Assembly (NCBI GenBank): GCA_964035545.1
Contig: OZ037767.1
Span: forward strand, 24,692,628 to 24,756,627
Source: Bugula neritina
Lineage: Eukaryota > Animalia > Bryozoa
Direction: 5' to 3'
Length of the DNA stretch: 64,000 nucleotides
Part shown: piece after piece, positions 50,955 to 60,169 of the stretch
Layout of the letters: every line of letters begins with the position of its first letter
How positions within the stretch are numbered: the stretch's first letter is position 1
Translations under genes and position numbers: made by a program
The notes under the pieces: generated by a model
Databases searched by the model: none
What the model was told of the DNA's origin: nothing
Seen by the model: only the letters and a program-made list of their open reading frames with translations

Positions 50955-53900
50955 TCATCGGATTCGGCGTATCAGGCTCTCTATCTCCCTTGTGCATTGA
51001 TCGAGGTGGCAGGATAAGGCCTGAATTCTTTCGTCTAAGTCACTTCTCTGGGTGAGGTCAAGGCCATCGGTAGGTCTAGGGCGCCGTCGTCCACTTGGGC
51101 TAACACTAGGTGGGTGGCCGTCTACTATGTGTCTGGGCTGGTTTGCGAGTTGCTGTACCTGAAGTTGTCCTGCACTTTCAGGGCTACTCTGCATTCGAGG
51201 CTTGGAGTCTTTACCCGTACTGGGTGAACAACTCGATGACTGGGGGCCAGTCAAACGCCCTACGTGATAATCAGCCAAGTACTTGGGGGGTTTCCTGTCT
51301 CTTCTGGCTCTCTCCAAGGTGTTGGAGACTGAGGTATCTGGCCGGTCTGGAGTGTCGTGTATGGGAGGTACTTCCTCCCGGTTTTCGGGTGATGTGACTG
51401 GTCCTGGGTTATCTGGCGGCGGTGAGAGGTCCTCTATCTGTGTGGGCCTAAGGAGTGGATCCGGAGTAGGAGGAACCGAGGGTGGGTTTTGTGGCGGAGG
51501 TCTTGGGCTATTGTCGGGCTCCTCGGGATTACGAATAAAAATTTCCCAGTCTCTGGGTTGGTTCCTTCTCCCACGGGATATGGGTTGGCGGGCCGGCTCT
51601 AATAGTGGTGGTGCCTGTCCCGCAGCTTCTGGGCTTCCATGGTAGGGTTTTAGCCGTTGCTCGTTTTGGACAGATATCTGTCCAGAGCGCTCCACACGGT
51701 ATGTATGGTTGGGTAAAACCTCTACCACGCAGTAGGGGCCTACGAACTTAGGCTGTAATTTAGCCGATTGTCCGCGCCGCCTCCTGTAACTGATCATCCA
51801 CACCCAGTCCCCTTCCCGGTATAGCGGAGGCTCCTCGGAGTCGTCTGTCCGTACCGTCCACTGCTTCTCTCTCAGAGCGTCGTGGGCTCTTCTCATGGTC
51901 TCTACCAACTTCCCCACGTACTCGTGTACTGGAAATTCGGGGGTCGGGATATGGTAAGCAAGGTGCTCCGGCACCCTAGTTTCACGGCCCAACATCAACA
52001 AATTAGGTGTCTCTTGTGTACTGGAGTGAGGGGTGCTTCGATAGGCCCGCATGATCTGTGGTAGCATGGTGTCCCACTCTTCTTGGCTCCTCCCCAACAA
52101 AAGACTCCGGAGTGCATCACCCAGCATCCGGTTATTCCTCTCTACCACTCCATTTCCTTGAGGGTGGTACGGGGTAGTTCGGCTCTGATTCACCCCCCAT
52201 ACTTGGCAAAGGTCCTTTAACAGTTGTGACTGAAATTGGGCACCTTGGTCAGAGTGTATCTGTTCGGGTAGGCCGAAGTAGCAGAACACGTTTTGATCCA
52301 AGGTCCGAGCCACCGTGGGTGCCGATGCATCGGGAATAGCCAGGGCGTCCGCCCACCTTGTAAAATGGTCCGTCAAGACCAAAATCCAGGAATTCCCCTT
52401 TTCTGTGGTGGGCATTGGTCCCACGAGGTCTATGGCTACGACCTGCCAGGGTCGGCCGGCGTACAGCCGGCGCCGACCCGTGGTCTCGGTGGGGCGCCCG
52501 TGTTTGCTGGCCTGACAGACTTCACAATGCCGAATTCTCAGTCGCACATCCCTGGTCATTCCGGGCCAATACCATCGCATCTGCAGGCATCTGATGACCC
52601 GACTGGCTCCCGCATGGGCCTGTTTGTGGGTGTCCCAGATGATTTCCCGACGGAGAGCGCGTGGGCATACGACGCGATCCCTCTCCTGTTGCCGGTTGTC
52701 TGCTGCGAGTGTCATCGTCAGGAGACCGTCTGAACGAATCTGGAGAGAATTCCAGCGGCGGCAGAAGAACTGAAACTCAGCGTCCCCCTGCCGTTGCTGT
52801 TCCTCCGAGGGCCGTCTGCCTTCTTTCTTGGCTCGGAAGATGTCAGCTACTGATCCAGGGAGTGTTTCTTGCAGTCGACACAGCTCCTTGACGTTCTGGT
52901 ACAGTGTGGGGTTAGCACGGAGTGCCTGGACGTCGTCTGAGTGGGTTTCAGGCCGAAGATGGCCGTGCTCCCAACGATAGACGTTGCCGTCCCCCAACTG
53001 TGCCTCGACGTCAAGGCGGGCAGGTCCCCCATCACGTCTTTCGATGTGCAGGCATTGCTTGCAGTTCTCTACCAGTCGGCGACTCATGCCATCAGCGTTC
53101 CCGTGCTTCCTGCCGGCACGGTGCTCTATCCGGTAGGAAAACTCAGCAAGAATCTCTAACCAACGAGCCACCTGACTCGAGGGCTCTGCACGTTTACACA
53201 ACCATATCAGTGATGCATGGTCTGTTCGCAACCGGAACGTTCTTCCATACAGATATGGCCGAAAGTGCTTGACCGCCTTGACTACTGCTAGGAGTTCCTT
53301 CCTAGTGGTGCAGTAGTTTTTCTCGGCGGCCGCGAGAGTCTTGCTGTAGTAAGCCACGACCACCTCACTTCCACCCTGGACTTGAGACAGAACAGCTCCC
53401 ACACTGTGGTCGCTGGCGTCGGTGTCCAGGATGTACTCTTTGGCTGGATCAGGATACGCCAGAATCGGCGCCTCCATTAGCCGTTGTTTGAGGTGGTCGA
53501 ATGCCTGCTGCTCCTCCTGTGTCCACTGCCACCGGACTCCCTTGGCGGTTAGCCGATTCAAAGGCTGAGCCACCCCTGCAAACCCGGGTACGTACTGCCT
53601 GTAGTACCCTACCAGGCCCAGGAATGCCCGCAATTCAGAGAGGTCCCGGGGGACGGCCCACTCCTTCACAGCCTGTACCTTCTCCGGATCGGTAGCGACC
53701 CCGTCACGGCCAACCACATGGCCCAGGTACGTGACTTCTTGCTGTAGGAGTGCACACTTGGAGGGCTTCAACTTCAGTCCAGCAGCCCGGAGTCGGTCAA
53801 AGACCTCCCGCAGACGACTGACATGAGTCGTAAAGTCTGGGGAGATGACAATGACGTCATCCAGATAGATTAGGAGGGTCTTCCAGTGTAACCCACTGAG

Positions 53901-55655
53901 GACCTGCTCCATGAGTCTTTGGAAAGTTGCCGGGGCGGACGTAAGTCCAAACGGCAGTACTTTCCACTTCCAGAGCCCATCGCGGGTAATGAATGCTGCT
54001 TTGTCCTGAGCATCAGGACTGAGGGGTACTTGCCAGTACCCGCTAAGCAGATCCAGAGTACTGAAGTACTTGCTACCCGCGAGGGCATCCAGAGACTCAT
54101 CTATCCGCGGGAGGGGGTAAGCGTCCTGGATGGTAACGCTGTTGAGTCTGCGGTAGTCCACACAGAACCTCCAGCTACCATCCTTCTTCTTGACCAGGAC
54201 TACTGGAGAGCTCCACGCACCGTGGGCAGGCTCAATCAGATCCCGGTCGAGAAGATCTTGCACCTGCCGGCTCACCTCCTTCTCCTTCTCCGGGCCCAGA
54301 CGTCGGGTTGGCTGCCTGATGGGAGTGGTGCCAGCTGCCAGGGGTATCTCGTGGGAGATAACCTTAGTCAGCCCCATATCTTCATCACCACGGCTGAAGA
54401 CATCACTGTACTCCGCGAGTAGTTGAGCCAGTGTTTGGCGTTCAGTACTACTCGTACAGTTTCCACACGCTCCACTGTACAAGCCAGCCACATGCTCCGG
54501 GACCGCTTCTCGGTGGTTGTGAGGGGGGTTTCCCTGGGTGTCGGTCACTGTTTCCAGTGCCGGACCCACATCCGCCTCATGGATGGAGTGGTACTTCCCC
54601 ACCAGTGCACCAGCCGATAATCGGACCGATTCCGCAAAGGGGTTGATGCATTGCACGAGGAGCTCTCTTCGACAGTCCAGCCGATTTAGGCTGTTTGCCA
54701 GTCGAATTGCTCCGTGCGTTCCCTCCACCACCCCCAGTGCGGCGATCTCCTTGCAGTTGACCCTGCATCGGAGAGTAACCTGGGATCTCCCTGGAATCGT
54801 GCAGTCCTGCACTACCTGGACTCCGCCCACCAAGGGCCTACCAAACTTGTCCACACAGGCAAGTTCCTTCCCAGCCATCACCACCGCCGACTTCTGGAAA
54901 TCTATGTGACACTGGTGTTTCTCCAGAAAGGGCATTCCCAGAATGGCGTCTTCCTTCAGGTGGCTGACAATGAACGTCTCGTGAATTACTTGATCACGGA
55001 CTCGTCCAGGTAGTGTGATAATGCCGTAGAAGGGGATACACGATCCGTCCGCCAACGTACCGTGTGCTCCTTCGTATGGCTCGAGGCTCGCCCGCTCTCG
55101 GGCGCCAAGGGTGTCGAAGAGACGCCGACTTAGCAGGTTTGTAGTGCACCCTGTGTCCAGCAGGAAGGTGGCAGCTTTACCCGAAATTTTTCCGGGCAGG
55201 AAGTAGCTGCTTCCATACGGCTGGGTGCTCCTGGGTCGGTCAGTCTCTGGGGGGGACACCTCTTGGGTCCTTACAGCGGGCCTCCTCTTCGTCTTACAGA
55301 CAACGGGGGTTTTCTGAGGCTGGGAGGGTAGCTTGGGATACTCTTGCGAGTAAGCTGATTCTTCCTCCATAGCCTCTTCGGGCAACCCCGCGAACCGGTT
55401 TTGGAGTGGCCAGGCCGGAGGATCGGGTAAACCTTGCGGTCTCCGAGATCTCCGAGGTGCCTGCCATCCTGCATCTAGGAGTCCCATCCGGGTCGTAGGT
55501 GGCTGGGTTGGAGAGTCGGGCAGACCTTGGGGTCTCCGACGTCCCCACGCAGCCTCGGCTGGCCTGGAAGAGGCTCCTTGGGTCATTTCTTCCCGGATGG
55601 GGTTGGCTGGTGGCTCACGGTTGGCGGAGGTTACCGCGAGCCCCGGGTGTTTAAA
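50955..55655 (-). CDS. pol: Pol polyprotein (aspartic protease, reverse transcriptase, RNase H, integrase), entered by -1 frameshift
   Basis: LLDTGC (PR), YLDDV (RT), LDTDAS (RH), H-x3-H...C-x2-C, D-D-E core (AIDLVGP, HSDQG, VERNN) and PKFVGPY (GPY/F) in integrase; no chromodomain. Confidence 0.97.
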   Translation of the reverse strand, partial: FKHPGLAVTSANREPPANPIREEMTQGASSRPAEAAWGRRRPQGLPDSPTQPPTTRMGLLDAGWQAPRRSRRPQGLPDPPAWPLQNRFAGLPEEAMEEESAYSQEYPKLPSQPQKTPVVCKTKRRPAVRTQEVSPPETDRPRSTQPYGSSYFLPGKISGKAATFLLDTGCTTNLLSRRLFDTLGARERASLEPYEGAHGTLADGSCIPFYGIITLPGRVRDQVIHETFIVSHLKEDAILGMPFLEKHQCHIDFQKSAVVMAGKELACVDKFGRPLVGGVQVVQDCTIPGRSQVTLRCRVNCKEIAALGVVEGTHGAIRLANSLNRLDCRRELLVQCINPFAESVRLSAGALVGKYHSIHEADVGPALETVTDTQGNPPHNHREAVPEHVAGLYSGACGNCTSSTERQTLAQLLAEYSDVFSRGDEDMGLTKVISHEIPLAAGTTPIRQPTRRLGPEKEKEVSRQVQDLLDRDLIEPAHGAWSSPVVLVKKKDGSWRFCVDYRRLNSVTIQDAYPLPRIDESLDALAGSKYFSTLDLLSGYWQVPLSPDAQDKAAFITRDGLWKWKVLPFGLTSAPATFQRLMEQVLSGLHWKTLLIYLDDVIVISPDFTTHVSRLREVFDRLRAAGLKLKPSKCALLQQEVTYLGHVVGRDGVATDPEKVQAVKEWAVPRDLSELRAFLGLVGYYRQYVPGFAGVAQPLNRLTAKGVRWQWTQEEQQAFDHLKQRLMEAPILAYPDPAKEYILDTDASDHSVGAVLSQVQGGSEVVVAYYSKTLAAAEKNYCTTRKELLAVVKAVKHFRPYLYGRTFRLRTDHASLIWLCKRAEPSSQVARWLEILAEFSYRIEHRAGRKHGNADGMSRRLVENCKQCLHIERRDGGPARLDVEAQLGDGNVYRWEHGHLRPETHSDDVQALRANPTLYQNVKELCRLQETLPGSVADIFRAKKEGRRPSEEQQRQGDAEFQFFCRRWNSLQIRSDGLLTMTLAADNRQQERDRVVCPRALRREIIWDTHKQAHAGASRVIRCLQMRWYWPGMTRDVRLRIRHCEVCQASKHGRPTETTGRRRLYAGRPWQVVAIDLVGPMPTTEKGNSWILVLTDHFTRWADALAIPDASAPTVARTLDQNVFCYFGLPEQIHSDQGAQFQSQLLKDLCQVWGVNQSRTTPYHPQGNGVVERNNRMLGDALRSLLLGRSQEEWDTMLPQIMRAYRSTPHSSTQETPNLLMLGRETRVPEHLAYHIPTPEFPVHEYVGKLVETMRRAHDALREKQWTVRTDDSEEPPLYREGDWVWMISYRRRRGQSAKLQPKFVGPYCVVEVLPNHTYRVERSGQISVQNEQRLKPYHGSPEAAGQAPPLLEPARQPISRGRRNQPRDWEIFIRNPEEPDNSPRPPPQNPPSVPPTPDPLLRPTQIEDLSPPPDNPGPVTSPENREEVPPIHDTPDRPDTSVSNTLERARRDRKPPKYLADYHVGRLTGPQSSSCSPSTGKDSKPRMQSSPESAGQLQVQQLANQPRHIVDGHPPSVSPSGRRRPRPTDGLDLTQRSDLDERIQALSCHLDQCTREIESLIRRIR
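55612..55655 (-). other. -1 programmed ribosomal frameshift signal (U UUA AAC + stem-loop)
   Basis: Slippery heptamer 55655-55649, 6-nt spacer, 10-bp stem GGCUCGCGGU/ACCGUGAGCC (55642-55633 / 55621-55612); pol frame is -1 relative to gag. Confidence 0.88.
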
Positions 55656-56554
55656 GGCATCCTTCTTCCGTGAGGGCATTGCCTTCGTACATGTCCCCTG
55701 GCACCACACCCCCAGCAGGTGAGGTGGGTAGTACCGGCTGGTTCACCCCGGGGTCGGGGGTTTCGTTTATCAGCCTGTTCTCTCTGCATCTGTTTCATCT
55801 CTGCCTGCAATCCCTTTACCATGTCCATCAGCATGGTCATCTGGTCAGGTGACGAAGTAGTAGCAGCCGCCACGGCCTGTGGGTTTGGCTGATCCGGCTT
55901 AGCGACTTCGGGTCGTTCCTCAATCTGACAAGCGGTGAAATCCGCACATTGAGGTCCCTCCACTTGGTAGTAAGCCTTGCCCAGGGCTAAGGCTTCCTCT
56001 ATAGTGGTGACCTTGGCTGCCAAGTAATAACGCTGTAGTCCAGGGTTATTGATTGTGTGGAAGAAAGCTTCATACACAGCACCTCTTTGTGCTGCCGGTG
56101 TGTCGTCGCTATGGGCTACTGGTACTAGTGCCTCAATAGCGTTCGCATGGTCTTGGAGTGAGGTCTTCCGGTCTCGGCGTATGGTGCGCAATCTGTCCCT
56201 GGCGGCGCGGGCGGTTAGCCCGAAACGCGACCTGAGGGCCTGAAAGATGTGCGCTGTATTGGGTCCCAGAGCATAACTCTTTGCCTGACCTGTCAGACAG
56301 GTACGGAGGTGAAGAAGGCGCACCGGTGCCGGCCATTCGGCGAGGGTGGCTACCTCTTCAAACTCCCTGATGAATTGCTCTATGTCCCCATCGCCTCCGA
56401 AAATCGGGGGCCTCAGGGGATACCTGTCTCCAGGTGCTGCCTGCCCGGCCTTGCTGACCTCCCGGAGGGCTGCGATGAGAGTCTCCATGGTGAGACGGTC
56501 CCCTTCTCCTTCTTCTTCTCCTTCTACCATGACTTCTTCTTCTTCGTCCCCCAT
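55631..56554 (-). CDS. gag: Gag (307 aa) with CCHC zinc knuckle
   Basis: PPIFGGDGDIEQFIREFE capsid-type motif; CWGCGARGHVRRQC knuckle; first ATG after PBS region. Confidence 0.95.
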   Translation of the reverse strand: MGDEEEEVMVEGEEEGEGDRLTMETLIAALREVSKAGQAAPGDRYPLRPPIFGGDGDIEQFIREFEEVATLAEWPAPVRLLHLRTCLTGQAKSYALGPNTAHIFQALRSRFGLTARAARDRLRTIRRDRKTSLQDHANAIEALVPVAHSDDTPAAQRGAVYEAFFHTINNPGLQRYYLAAKVTTIEEALALGKAYYQVEGPQCADFTACQIEERPEVAKPDQPNPQAVAAATTSSPDQMTMLMDMVKGLQAEMKQMQREQADKRNPRPRGEPAGTTHLTCWGCGARGHVRRQCPHGRRMPLNTRGSR

Positions 56555-56606
56555 TGTGCTGTTCTTTCTTTCTCTCTAATGGCTGCTTGTCGTACTAGTC
56601 TATTCT

Positions 56607-56625
56607 AATCCCACCGCTGCCACCA
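56607..56625 (-). other. Primer-binding site complementary to tRNA-Leu 3' end
   Basis: + strand AATCCCACCGCTGCCACCA equals the 3' end (with CCA) of metazoan tRNA-Leu(AAG/UAG type); 1 nt from the 5' LTR. Confidence 0.92.
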
Positions 56626-56626
56626 A

Positions 56627-57206
56627 TGTTGTGATTTTGTGGATTATAAGAATAGACTAGTAGTCTGCATGCCAGTTATTGTGAGAGAAATAAAGAGTCT
56701 TGATTAAAATGAATCTATGAGTATTTATTTCTTCTGACTGCTTCGAGCTCCAGTACAAGAATGAATTAACTTTGAAAAGCTTCGCACTTATATAGGGGGG
56801 AATTCCCGCCACTAATGAGGGGCCGAAACTCGTGCGAACGTCGGGGTTCCGCCGACCGACATCGGAGGGAGTACTGCCCAATCTCGGGCAGGTCCCTCCG
56901 ACATCGTGTCTTCGGTCTCCGACTTCGCACGAGTCTCGGCTTACATATAATAAAAAGAAAACGAGTGCGAGGGAATACAACTCACAAAAACTATTACAGT
57001 AAACAACAAAAATAATAGGAAGGGCAATTCACAATCATTACGCTATTTACTACACTAAGCTTAGTTATAATTACAATATTTGAGGCATTAGAAAGCTACG
57101 CAAGGAGCTTAGCTATAATTACAGCATTTACAGTATTTACAAAGTTACGCTAAGTCCATTATAATAGTGACGCGATATAATTACTAGAGCGTTAAAATCC
57201 ATTACA
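56627..57206 (-). repeat. 5' LTR (580 bp)
   Basis: See 3' LTR; followed on element strand by the PBS. Confidence 0.98.
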
Positions 57207-57700
57207 ACTAATAACTAGCATGCATATATTATGATCTAATAACCATAGTGGCTTTGATTTTGTTTATTGATGCCTAATTATATAAACATATGTTGATTAT
57301 GTTTGTCATAGATATACCTGGAACGTGTTACTGTTGTGTTTTTAACATGTTTTTAAAGTTTTGCTGCATATTGTAAGCTTGTTACTTGAGGCTATTTATT
57401 TTAGTTTGTGGCATTGCAGATGTAGATTTTAGAATGGTAACCTATCCGTTATGAAAATACTTATCAAAGTTTGTATTAATGAAAGCATTATGGAATTATT
57501 ATTAATGTTGCATTGGTGTGAGATTTACTGCACTATATTTTCAATACGTATGCTGTTTTATGTAGCGCTTAGATTACATTTTACAATCTGTATAGTTAGA
57601 TATTGTTGGCCTTAAACTTGGTAATTCTTAATAACGGCAATGCCTAATTTTTAGATAATTTCTTGGCTCAAGAAGGAAGTTCAGTACATTTTCTTATGTA

Positions 57701-59370
57701 ATGGGGGCCTCAAACAGTGTCTTCACAGAGAAGGAGTTGGAAGACTACCAAGAACTTACATACTTTACTAAAAAAGAGATAATTCATGTTCACAAACGAT
57801 TTTCTGAAATTGTTCCTGGACAACAAAATCTAGAGTTCAACGTTGCAGCTACAAAAGTGCCAATGAAAAATGTTTTACAGATGGAAGAACTCAAGGTTGG
57901 TAGTAGTTGGTAGTTGTTAGTAATAGTTGGTTTTCACTCATGAATTTACTTATGTGCGTCTTTGGGATAGTTTTAGATAAGCTGAGACCACTTTTAGTGT
58001 TATTGGTGGTATGTTATCAGTCGGATGTTTGCTGGTTTTTTTGTGTTTTAGTAACTGAACAGTAGAATCACAAATTTACTTTCAAAACCGAAAAAGTTTA
58101 TTTGTATGGCAGCATTTTATGTTTAATTTTTTTGATGACTTTAGGAATGTTATTTGATACTTATTGTTTTTACTCAATATTGTAACTCATATATATAATA
58201 GTAAAACTCGGTTGCCCAATAGGTGTTATGTTATGAGATAAAGGTTTTTGTAAAGCAAAACTATGTACCTTTTTCTATTTGCTGAACAATTAAGTTGGCA
58301 ATTTTGCATTTATTGATGTCAAAACATGTGAATCCCAGTGACCTGTAGAAGTTTTATTTGTAAGTTATGTTGATCGTCGGTTTAATTTATGACTAGACAA
58401 CTGTTCTGCAGGTGAACCCTTTTGGTGATAGAATGTGTAAGGTGTTTTCCACAGATGGCACCGGTAACATGACATTTGAAGACTTTCTTGATATGATGTC
58501 AGTCTTCAGTGATAATGCTCCCAAGAGCGTCAAAGTTGAATATGCATTCAGGATATATGATTTTGATAATGATGACACATTGTCCAACTCTGATCTGAGA
58601 GAGGTATATTGCTTTACTAGCACTAATGCGCACACTGACTTACTTACTATTGTTATTATAGCATGTGTTATGTTTAACATAGTTACTGTTTTAGATTAAG
58701 GGGTTGTCGTACTCCTAAATTTTGAATTTGTATAATATAAAGTGTTGTTAGCCTGGAATGATATGTTTCATAATTTCTTATCTTCACAGTACATGGAATT
58801 TGTTGAACAGGTAATCAGTATTATAAGCACTTATAATATTGACTAAGCTGATAAAGGTTTTTCCTGGTCTAACTGTGACTTGCCTAACTCATTACATATA
58901 TGTGATTCTCTTACAGCTTCAAAGCTTATATTTAAACTAGTACTGAGTTTTTTAGTTCGATAATTATAGTGATCAAGTTTTGCCGCTGGAAGTTTCTGCT
59001 GGTCCTTGTATATTAGAATATGTTTGCTGATATACTTGAAAGTTTTAGAGATTGTTTAAAGCAGATGAAAAACCTTGGGTTTTTAAAATATATATTTATA
59101 GAAATTTTTTTTATTTCAATATTACATGCTATAAAAACTGTATTTAATAGAATGAATAGGCAGTTATACTACTCGTAGGTGATAAACCGTCTCACTGGGG
59201 GAAATGATGATGAAAGACTGAAACTACCCGAAGAGGACATGGAAATGCTTATCAACAACATCTATCAGGAAGCAGATTTAGATGATGATGACATGCTCTC
59301 GTTTGCAGAGTTTGAGCATGTTATTTCAAAAGCACCTGACTTTGTTACCTCTTTTAGAATCCGTCTTTAG
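57701..59370 (+). CDS. CIB1: Calcium- and integrin-binding protein (CIB1-like EF-hand protein, 192 aa)
   Basis: Exons 57701-57895, 58412-58603, 59179-59370 (all phase 0). MGASNS myristoylation motif, [49 protein letters not shown]...[23 protein letters not shown] family certain; CIB1 vs CIB2/3 by eye. Confidence 0.9.
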
Positions 59371-60169
59371 ACATTCCATGAGATATTGTTTTAATATTTA
59401 TACTGCTTTATACTTATTTTCTTTCTGAGAAAGTTTTATTTATATTGATGTGTCTCGAATTTGCAAGCAATTTATTTTCCCAGTCAACCAAATGCACCAG
59501 ATAAGTCTCTGTCTATGCTATATTTGATGAAAAAACTTTATAGATATTTTTTACTTCAGCATTGATTAATAAAAAGATTTGGCGTTCAGATATAGTATTT
59601 TCAGTGTACATTTTTCATTAGTTAGGGGAACTATTACGATAAAATATACACCCTCTGTTCCGCATTTGCTACACAAAGCCAAAAAAATTGAGAGGAGGAG
59701 GTGGCTAACCGTAGACCCAACACATACCAACAAGTAATCAGCAATGAACAAAAAAATATTATATAAATCCGATTAAATTTACAAAATGTAAGCAGTTATT
59801 TCCTGAATAGTGTACTATGTCATTTGTATATTACAATTAATTACACTTGACTTTTATTAAAATATCACACCTACATGCAACTGTATATTTACATAATCAT
59901 TTAATAGTTGATTTATACAGGCATATTTTACAACTGTGTGCTCCATGCTTCACAGGAAAAATAGGGGCATCAAGATAATAAACAAGACCAGAACTAAAAG
60001 TCTAATAGAATTCAAGTAAAATTGAATTTGATATTTTCACATTAAATCTTATAGATAAATTTAAAAAGTATAATGAGAGATAACACTCAATATGCATATA
60101 ATATGCCTGTATACTTTTTATAAAACATCATGCAATAAACTTTATCAAAATTATTATTTAATAAATCGG

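Larger units (their letters stand above)
50273..57206 (-). mobile_element. Full-length intact Ty3/gypsy LTR retrotransposon (6934 bp; gag, PR-RT-RH-IN; no env)
   Basis: TG...CA LTRs of 580 bp, 5-bp TSD ACTAA (50268-50272, 57207-57211), PBS, PPT, uninterrupted gag and pol. Confidence 0.98.

Noticed and set aside
51110-56608. Numerous + strand ORFs antisense to gag/pol
   Set aside because: Short shadow ORFs of GC-rich coding sequence with no motifs.
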